Source of the DNA: Lutibacter sp.
GTDB lineage: Bacteria; Bacteroidota; Bacteroidia; Flavobacteriales; Flavobacteriaceae
Direction of reading: 5' to 3'
Length of the DNA stretch: 64,000 nt
NCBI GenBank assembly: GCA_030656195.1
Contig: JAUSOJ010000220.1
Span: forward strand, 14,133-78,132
Part shown: one piece after another, positions 57,984 through 64,000 of the stretch
Layout: each line of letters opens with the position of its first letter
Position numbering within the stretch: the stretch's first letter is position 1
The notes under the pieces: model-generated
The model's database searches: none
Told to the model about the DNA's origin: nothing
What the model saw: only the letters and a program-made list of their open reading frames with translations
Made by a program: the position numbers and the translations under genes

Positions 57984-58550
57984 ATGAAAAAATATTTAAT
58001 TGTTGGTTTAGGCAATATTGGCGAAAAATATGCGGAAACCCGCCATAACATCGGGTTTAAAATTTTAGATGAATTGGCCTCAAAAGAATCCGTTTCATTT
58101 GAAAGTGAAAAACTGGGCGCCATCACCACTTTCAATTTTAAAGGAAGAACTTTTATTTTGCTAAAACCTTCAACCTATATGAATTTAAGCGGTAAAGCCG
58201 TGAAATATTGGCTTACCAAAGAAAACATAGCCATTGAAAATTTATTGGTAATTTGTGACGATTTAAACTTAGATTTTGGCGTCATTCGCTTAAAAGCCAA
58301 AGGAAGCGACGGTGGCCATAATGGTTTAAAAGATATCACTGCCGTTTTACAAACTCAGGAATATGCCCGATTTAGATTTGGCGTTGGTTCACAATTTTCA
58401 AAAGGCCGCCAGGTAGATTTTGTGTTGGGCGAATGGGACAAAAACGAATTAAAATCGCTCCCTGAACGATTGGACCGATCGGCAGAACTCATTAAATCCT
58501 TTGGAACCGCCGGCTTAAACAACACTATGAATACCTTTAACGGCACCTAA
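57984..58550 (+). CDS. pth: Peptidyl-tRNA hydrolase
   Basis: MKKYLIVGLGNIGEKYAETRHNIGF, plus DDLNL and GGHNGLKDI. An alternative start at 57918 would add 22 aa. The ORF-track start at 57792 overlaps rplY and its terminator. Confidence 0.9.
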   Translation: MKKYLIVGLGNIGEKYAETRHNIGFKILDELASKESVSFESEKLGAITTFNFKGRTFILLKPSTYMNLSGKAVKYWLTKENIAIENLLVICDDLNLDFGVIRLKAKGSDGGHNGLKDITAVLQTQEYARFRFGVGSQFSKGRQVDFVLGEWDKNELKSLPERLDRSAELIKSFGTAGLNNTMNTFNGT

Positions 58551-58565
58551 TATCCCATCCTTAAT

Positions 58566-58634
58566 CCTTCCCCAAGGGAAGGAAACCAGCTAAGTTTTTG
58601 CAGAATCAACAAGAAAGTCTTCCCTTAGGGAAGA
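58566..58634. terminator. Two related hairpins between the convergent pth and queD genes
   Basis: ccttccc-caa-gggaagg (58566-58582) and tcttccc-tta-gggaaga (58618-58634). Confidence 0.5.
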
Positions 58635-58635
58635 T

Positions 58636-59100
58636 TTAGATGGGAATTTGGTCTGATGCAAACCATTCAGCATTTGAAGTTCCGGTTTCCTGCAATTTCA
58701 GGGAATGCAACTTTACGTTTTCTGGTAACCTGTTTTTAATTTTTTCGGCAAAATCCACCAACATCATTTCACTGGTTGGCTGATAATCGACCAAAATAAC
58801 GTTATGGTCTCTTTTTTCCAATTCCTTTGCCAATTCAATATGTGGCGTATTTTTGTTAAACACGGTTGCGTGGTCAAATTTGTTCACGATTTCTGTAGCA
58901 ACAATTTTTTTCAAATCCCCAAAATCGATCACCATTCCATATTTTACGTTATTTGAATCACTTATTGGCGTTCCAATTACCGTAACTGAAAGTTTGTAAC
59001 TGTGCCCGTGAATATTTTTGCATTTTCCGTCGTAGCCGTACAAGGCATGCGCAGTTTCAAAATTAAATTGCTTTGTGATTCTAATTTTACTCATTTTCAT
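58636..59100 (-). CDS. queD: 6-carboxy-5,6,7,8-tetrahydropterin synthase (QueD / PTPS family)
   Basis: Motifs FETAHAL and CKNIHGHSY (Cys plus His zinc and catalytic residues). 154 aa. The first two codons (ATGAAA) coincide with the MITE flank, so the native start may be MSKIRI at 59094. Confidence 0.85.
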   Translation of the reverse strand: MKMSKIRITKQFNFETAHALYGYDGKCKNIHGHSYKLSVTVIGTPISDSNNVKYGMVIDFGDLKKIVATEIVNKFDHATVFNKNTPHIELAKELEKRDHNVILVDYQPTSEMMLVDFAEKIKNRLPENVKLHSLKLQETGTSNAEWFASDQIPI

Positions 59101-59207
59101 CTGTTTAAATTTTATTTTTCAGCGGTACAGATGCTGCCTGCCTGCCGGCTGGCAGGTTCGCCATTAATCATTCATTTGTTTATCAAAATTTGAAATGCTC
59201 GTTTCAT
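59101..59207 (-). mobile_element. MITE-like element copy (107 bp = 87 bp + nested 20-nt palindrome) abutting the queD start
   Basis: Read on the minus strand: ATGAAACGAGCATTTCAAATTTTGATAAAC...AAAATTTAAACAG, followed by the gene ATGAAA. Collinear with the copies at 10722 and 37422 apart from the insertion at 59137-59156. Confidence 0.8.
59137..59156. repeat. 20-nt GC-rich palindrome cctgcctgccggctggcagg nested in the MITE copy
   Basis: Absent from the other three copies, which read cagatgctg|ttcgcc at this point. Closely related to cctgcccgccagctggcggg at 18904-18923 and to cctgcctgccggacaggcagg at 13765-13785. Confidence 0.85.
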
Positions 59208-59222
59208 GTTCAATATTTAAAT

Positions 59223-59405
59223 TTAATCTTCCAAATCTTTTCTGTTTTTGGCTTTATAATAAATAAAATATGCCAATGCAGCCAATAAAACAAAAGGCAA
59301 ATAGGTTCCAATAACCACGCCAATTTCATAATCTTTGTCCGGAGCGTTTTTAATGTTTTCTTCAATGTTAATTTGCAGAAAAAATAAGATGAAATTCAAC
59401 AACAT
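59223..59405 (-). CDS. Small membrane protein (60 aa), hypothetical
   Basis: Two hydrophobic segments. It starts 4 nt after the upstream gene's stop, in the same orientation. No homology evidence is available. Confidence 0.4.
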   Translation of the reverse strand: MLLNFILFFLQINIEENIKNAPDKDYEIGVVIGTYLPFVLLAALAYFIYYKAKNRKDLED

Positions 59406-59409
59406 TTTA

Positions 59410-60165
59410 TTACTTTTTAAATTTTAGCAAAGCGCTTTTTGTGGTCTCAGAAAGCACCAGTTTACCACTAATTTTTGCTCTTTCTTCCAATAATATATCC
59501 CAATGTTCCGTGCCTTCCCACAACACTTTTTTCATTTCTTTTAACGCTTCCGGATTGTATTGTGACAACTTCAAAGCCAAATAATCCACTTCCTTGTCCA
59601 TTTCATTAACAGTTTCAAAAACTTTCGCGAACAAACCTTTTTCTTTTGCCCAATAGGCATTTTGCCAACTGCTTGCGTCTAAGGTCAATTCGCTTAAAGC
59701 CGCCAATCCCATTTTACGCGCAACCGCCGGAGCAATCACAAACGGGCCGATACCAATAGTAAACTCCGATAATTTTATGGAAGCCTGTTCCGTGGCAAAA
59801 CAATAATCGCAGGCGGCAGCCAAACCAACGCCTCCGCCAACAGCTTTTCCCTGAACGCGGCCAATAATTAATTTTGAGCATTTACGCATCGCGTTAATCA
59901 CGTTGGCAAAGCCCAAAAAGAATTTATTTCCTTCTTCGGCAGTTGAAATGGAACTTAATTCATCAAACGAAGCGCCTGCACAAAAAGTGTTTTCTTTCTC
60001 ACTTTTTAAAATGATCACATTCACCTCATTATTTGCGCTTAATTCATCAAAAGCAGCTGTTAACCGAGATAATAACTCCCCGGGAAGCGAATTGCCCGCC
60101 GGATGAAAAAACTCGATGACCGCTATGTTGTTTTGAATGTGCGTATATAAACTTCCGTTTTCCAT
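59410..60165 (-). CDS. Enoyl-CoA hydratase/isomerase (crotonase) family protein
   Basis: Crotonase fold signature region (FCAGASFDEL ... GKAVGGGVGLAAACD). ATG chosen at 60165 rather than the TTG at 60174. Confidence 0.85.
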   Translation of the reverse strand: MENGSLYTHIQNNIAVIEFFHPAGNSLPGELLSRLTAAFDELSANNEVNVIILKSEKENTFCAGASFDELSSISTAEEGNKFFLGFANVINAMRKCSKLIIGRVQGKAVGGGVGLAAACDYCFATEQASIKLSEFTIGIGPFVIAPAVARKMGLAALSELTLDASSWQNAYWAKEKGLFAKVFETVNEMDKEVDYLALKLSQYNPEALKEMKKVLWEGTEHWDILLEERAKISGKLVLSETTKSALLKFKK

Positions 60166-60176
60166 AATGCCCAAAG

Positions 60177-61511
60177 TTACGGGTTTTTATATAAATATTT
60201 TCGCCTAAATTTAAACACCAAAATTCCGGCCCTCATTAACATCCATACCGTAAAAGCCAGCCAAATGGCATACAATTTCAAATTAAAATAATCACCGATC
60301 AAAAGAACGGGGACAAATCCCAGGAACGTGGCGAACAACAATAGATTTCTAAGCGTTGCTGCTTCTCCCAATCCTTTGAATATGCCGTCGAAAACAAAAG
60401 CAACCGCATTGATGGGCTGCATAATAAGCACCATCCAAAAAATACCGTAAAAAGACTCCAATACTAAAGGGTCTTTTGAAAAAAGCCTGCCGATCGGAAA
60501 ATAAAAAACGGCGCAAAATAGTGCAAGAATCAAGGAAACCACCATAGAATACCGCGTTAATTTTACACTGAGTCTCCACAATTTCTTATAATTTTTTTCA
60601 CCCAATAATTTTCCTGAAACAATGTCGCCAACACTCGAATATCCATCAATAAAAAAAGCGAAAAACAACCAAATTTGGAAGGCGATGGTTTGTGCCGCAA
60701 TATAATTATTTCCATATTTTGTGGCATACGCATTTGCCAGATACAAGGCAACATTCAAAGCCAATGCCCTTCCCATTAAATTTAAACTTAAGCCCAGCAA
60801 ATTTTTAATTTCCTTGTTAAAGGTAAACGACAATTTTAGGTTAAACGGCGTTTTTTTCAACAATAAAATCAAGGATAAAATGGCCATCACGGCTTGCGCT
60901 ATCACGCTCGCCCAAGCGGCGCCTTTTACATTCATCGGGTCAATGAATCCTTCTACACCAAATACCAGCACAAAATCCAATCCAATATTAAGCGATGCGC
61001 CGATGATACTAATTACCATAGGCCAATAGGTGTTTTGCAAACCTCTAAACACCCCAAAAACCGAAAACACAAAAAGGGTCAACGGAAAACCGATGGCTCG
61101 GATTTTATAATAATCGATTGAATATTGTAAAATAAGTCCGCTGGCATTGTAAAGCCGAAAAATTTCATCGACAAAAAACAGGGTCATAAAACAAATAATG
61201 CCGCTTAAAACTAAATTAATCCCAATAATTTGGGCGGGTAATGAGGCTATTTCATCCAGTTTTTTAGCGCCCAAATATTTTGAAATGGTGGCCGAAATGG
61301 CCGAACGCGTTTGGGCCAAAATCCAAATCATCGCAGATATAAAGGAGCCGGCAATACCAACTGCCGCAAGCGCTTCGGTTGGATTTACGGTTAAATTCCC
61401 CACTATCGCTGTATCCGTAATGGAAAGAATCGGCTCTGCAGTACCGGCAATAATGGCTGGAATTGCCAATTTATTGATGCCTTTAAACGTAATGTTCGAC
61501 CTTTTATACAT
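60177..61511 (-). CDS. MATE-family efflux transporter
   Basis: 444 aa with 12 predicted TM helices. N-terminus is INKLAIPAIIAGTAEPILSITDTAIVG, typical of MATE transporters. Confidence 0.85.
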   Translation of the reverse strand: MYKRSNITFKGINKLAIPAIIAGTAEPILSITDTAIVGNLTVNPTEALAAVGIAGSFISAMIWILAQTRSAISATISKYLGAKKLDEIASLPAQIIGINLVLSGIICFMTLFFVDEIFRLYNASGLILQYSIDYYKIRAIGFPLTLFVFSVFGVFRGLQNTYWPMVISIIGASLNIGLDFVLVFGVEGFIDPMNVKGAAWASVIAQAVMAILSLILLLKKTPFNLKLSFTFNKEIKNLLGLSLNLMGRALALNVALYLANAYATKYGNNYIAAQTIAFQIWLFFAFFIDGYSSVGDIVSGKLLGEKNYKKLWRLSVKLTRYSMVVSLILALFCAVFYFPIGRLFSKDPLVLESFYGIFWMVLIMQPINAVAFVFDGIFKGLGEAATLRNLLLFATFLGFVPVLLIGDYFNLKLYAIWLAFTVWMLMRAGILVFKFRRKYLYKNP

Positions 61512-62013
61512 TTATTATTTTCTCATAACAATAAAAAGGAAACGCGCTTTGGTTGGGGAAATAAATGCTTTCCAATTTTATATAATTGCGCTTTTTATAA
61601 AACTGCAGATTTCGTTTATTTTGGCTGAAAGTATCTAACCTGATGGATTTATAGCCATTTTCCAAAGCATAATTCTCAGCGAAATCCATAAGTTTTTGGG
61701 CAAATCCCTTTCTCTGAAAATTTGGATGAACCGCCAAGCGATGAATATAGAGATTCTTGTCATTTTTTGTCAGCCATTTTACGTGCTGGTATTCGGCATC
61801 TTCAATTTCGGTGAGCACTATTAAACCAACAATGCTATTTCCGTACTCCAATTTCCAAAGTTCCTGAAGTTCAATATCTTCGAGCAAATCTTCTTTTTTG
61901 GGATATTCTTCATTCCATTGAAAAATGCCCTGTTGTATCAAATTTTGTCCGCAGCTTTTTACAATAGAAAGCAATTGTTCCAAATCTTGTACTGAAGCCT
62001 TATTAATCATCAT
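61504..62013 (-). CDS. GNAT-family N-acetyltransferase
   Basis: Acetyl-CoA binding motif region (LAVHPNFQRKGFAQKLM). 169 aa. Confidence 0.8.
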   Translation of the reverse strand: MMINKASVQDLEQLLSIVKSCGQNLIQQGIFQWNEEYPKKEDLLEDIELQELWKLEYGNSIVGLIVLTEIEDAEYQHVKWLTKNDKNLYIHRLAVHPNFQRKGFAQKLMDFAENYALENGYKSIRLDTFSQNKRNLQFYKKRNYIKLESIYFPNQSAFPFYCYEKIINV

Positions 62014-62040
62014 ATTTATTGTAAATTTTTGCTAAAACGC

Positions 62041-62889
62041 TTATTTATTAAAAACAAAATCGATGCTTTTCTTCACCACTTTCTCCAGTTGCAAAGGCAT
62101 TGCTGAACCTTCCCAAGGCTGTGTACATCCCAGCGGATGATTCATTTCTTCAATAAATACAAGTGTACTTTTTGGATTCCACAAATGCAAGTTTTTGGCT
62201 TCTTGCGGAAGCACAACTTCATCATTTTCGCCGTGAACAATCAAGTGCGGAATGTTTAATTTTTCAACCGCATTTTTGATGGTCAATCGCGCTTCATTTT
62301 CTTTGAAATTTTCATAAAACGCGTAATTGTGCGGCATTTCTTGAAGCGTTCGGGTGTTTAAAATATGGGAAATACCCAGCTTTTTCCAGCCTTGCAACAA
62401 TTCTCCTTCGGGAAAACGGGCACCAAAATCGGAAACTCCAGCCCAAGTGATCAATTTGGTTATTTTATTGTTTTCTGAAGCCTTGATTGAAACAATTCCG
62501 CCGCCTCGCGAATGTCCTATTAAAGTGATGTTTTCAACATCAATTTCATTTTTAAAATCGGGATTGGCAGTCACCCAATCAATAATATCTTCCAAATCAT
62601 CGAGTTCTATTATAAAATTATTGTTGCCAAACGCTTCTAAATCTGGAAAATCTATGGGGTTTTCAAGAGTTCCGCCATTGTGCGAAAAATTAAATTTCAC
62701 AAAAAACAGGTTGCTGTTCGCAAATGTCTCTGCCGCTAAATTCCAGGCGCCCCAATCTTTAAATCCCTTATAACCGTGACAAAACAGTACGATTGGTTTT
62801 TTGACATGGTCTTTTAAATAAAAAACATCGGTTACAATGGGTTTGTTGTGAATACTACTTTTTACTGGTATATTAAGTGTTTTTTGCAT
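62041..62889 (-). CDS. Alpha/beta-fold hydrolase
   Basis: Nucleophile elbow GHSRGG, HG oxyanion region (LFCHGYKG) and a C-terminal His (MNHPLG). Confidence 0.8.
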   Translation of the reverse strand: MQKTLNIPVKSSIHNKPIVTDVFYLKDHVKKPIVLFCHGYKGFKDWGAWNLAAETFANSNLFFVKFNFSHNGGTLENPIDFPDLEAFGNNNFIIELDDLEDIIDWVTANPDFKNEIDVENITLIGHSRGGGIVSIKASENNKITKLITWAGVSDFGARFPEGELLQGWKKLGISHILNTRTLQEMPHNYAFYENFKENEARLTIKNAVEKLNIPHLIVHGENDEVVLPQEAKNLHLWNPKSTLVFIEEMNHPLGCTQPWEGSAMPLQLEKVVKKSIDFVFNK

Positions 62890-62898
62890 TTTAAATTT

Positions 62899-64000
62899 TT
62901 AAAAAGGTAAATTTTGATTTTGGATAAAAGGAATTTCAGGATTTAATATTTCAACGATTATTCTTTTTAATTCGATTAAAAACGGGTCCATATTTTCTTG
63001 GGAAATAAGACTCTCGGCAGCGCCTCTTTTTTCTGAAAAATTCATTTTAAGGAAACCGCTGTTCAAATTTTTAAATGAAATGATTCCGGCTTCAACAGGT
63101 TTTGAAAAATCACCTCCATTTTCTTCAGAAAATAAAAAACTGTAAAGCATTACCTGCAATGGCTTTGTATATTTATAATCGCTGCCCATAACACTAAAAT
63201 CTGTTATTTTAAGATCTTTGGCTTCCACTTTTCCCGTTTTATAATCAATGATTCGGGTAACGCCGTCCAATTCATCAATTCTGTCAACAATTCCTTTTAA
63301 TTTTATGGAGAAATTAATGCCTTCTATATATATTTCGGCAGATAATTTCTTTTCCAAAGCGATAATTTTCAGCTGTTTATTTTGATTGAGAATTTGCAAT
63401 TCCTGATTCAAAAATCGTTTGATATGATTTTTGCACACTTCAAAAATGAGCTTGTTTTTACCGGTTTCCATATTCCCTTTTTCATAGTATTTCTCAAAAT
63501 ATTTCACCAGCAAAGCGTGTGTATTTTTTTGCATTTCAGCAATGTTTTCCTTGCTTAAATAACTCTCTATAAAGGGTTTGTACAAATCTTCAAGCACTTC
63601 ATGAATTACAGAACCCATCGTATTGGCAGCAATGGTTTCCTCCACTTCCTCCTCTTCATAAATCTCCAATACACGTTGCTCATAAAATTTCACCGGATCG
63701 TAAATATAGGTTGCCAAAGCCGATGGAGAAATGCCTTGGGTGAACACCGCCTGCAGTTTTTGCATCATTTCGGGTGTTTTATCAATTTGCAGTATCGGAA
63801 AAATGGTATGTTGCACTTTTGGACTGATAATGGTTTTTGTAATATTTGGATTGTTGATTTCAAGCTGGGTTAAAAAACGGCTTTTTTCACCTGAACCGTA
63901 ACCATCCGATTCTGTATTGTAAATTAAATAAATGTCTTTGGCCCGTTGCAGCAACCGCTGAAAATGGTAAGAAAAAATCGCGTCTTTTTCCTGATAAGTA
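62899..64000 (-). CDS. C-terminal part of a large PD-(D/E)XK nuclease-superfamily (AddB-like) protein; the 5' end lies beyond the window
   Basis: The frame stays open upstream of the ORF-track TTG to the window edge (...TYQEKDAIFSYHFQRLLQRAKD). The C-terminal nuclease-like region has GIVDRID...IIDYKTGK. Confidence 0.65.
   Translation of the reverse strand, partial: TYQEKDAIFSYHFQRLLQRAKDIYLIYNTESDGYGSGEKSRFLTQLEINNPNITKTIISPKVQHTIFPILQIDKTPEMMQKLQAVFTQGISPSALATYIYDPVKFYEQRVLEIYEEEEVEETIAANTMGSVIHEVLEDLYKPFIESYLSKENIAEMQKNTHALLVKYFEKYYEKGNMETGKNKLIFEVCKNHIKRFLNQELQILNQNKQLKIIALEKKLSAEIYIEGINFSIKLKGIVDRIDELDGVTRIIDYKTGKVEAKDLKITDFSVMGSDYKYTKPLQVMLYSFLFSEENGGDFSKPVEAGIISFKNLNSGFLKMNFSEKRGAAESLISQENMDPFLIELKRIIVEILNPEIPFIQNQNLPF

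Noticed and set aside
1-64000. Defence islands, toxin-antitoxin pairs, prophage or integrative elements
   Set aside because: I recognise no integrase, transposase, restriction-modification, Cas, abortive-infection or phage structural motifs. The nuclease-like genes present are YraN and an AddB-like PD-(D/E)XK protein, and both are conserved housekeeping types in ordinary genomic contexts.

Overview
The window looks like a low-GC Bacteroidota chromosome segment, most likely Flavobacteriia. Supporting signs are SusC/SusD genes, many lipoprotein signal peptides, TAnnTTTG -7 promoter boxes and a Bat/MoxR operon. I did not compute GC content and ran no database searches. All protein calls come from reading motifs in the supplied translations.

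Most of the window is housekeeping. It includes prolyl oligopeptidase, a DEAD-box helicase, tex, metG, ldcA, yraN, cvpA, lpxH, an S41 peptidase, dCMP deaminase, a dsbD-like gene, prs-rplY-pth, queD, tRNA-Leu(CAA), and MATE, GNAT and hydrolase genes.

Larger units:
- An 8-gene MoxR-DUF58-BatABCDE operon (21.9-30.2 kb, minus strand).
- An ECF sigma / anti-sigma / beta-barrel triad (11.0-13.4 kb).
- An NfnAB/SudAB-like iron-sulfur flavoprotein pair (53.6-56.0 kb).
- A polysaccharide utilisation locus (37.9-51.2 kb). It encodes a membrane-spanning propeller/Y_Y_Y/LuxR one-component regulator, SusC, SusD, a GH144-like lipoprotein, a GH3 beta-glucosidase and a lipoprotein built from four tandem CBM-like repeats.

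Most unusual items:
1. A two-gene cassette at 4647-8321 behind an 858-bp AT-rich leader. It encodes a 920-aa Ala/Gln-rich, highly acidic, nearly Lys/Arg-free lipoprotein and a small His4-bearing beta-barrel. This may be an uncharacterised surface-coat module.
2. An 86-107 bp MITE-like element with four copies at three loci, all in one orientation. Every copy is flanked by ATGAAA, and two copies abut the start codons of dsbD-like and queD.
3. A family of 16-21 nt GC-rich palindromes. One is nested inside a MITE copy and another sits inside a REP-like hairpin.

I saw no CRISPR array, rRNA, integrase, transposase, prophage or recognisable defence system.
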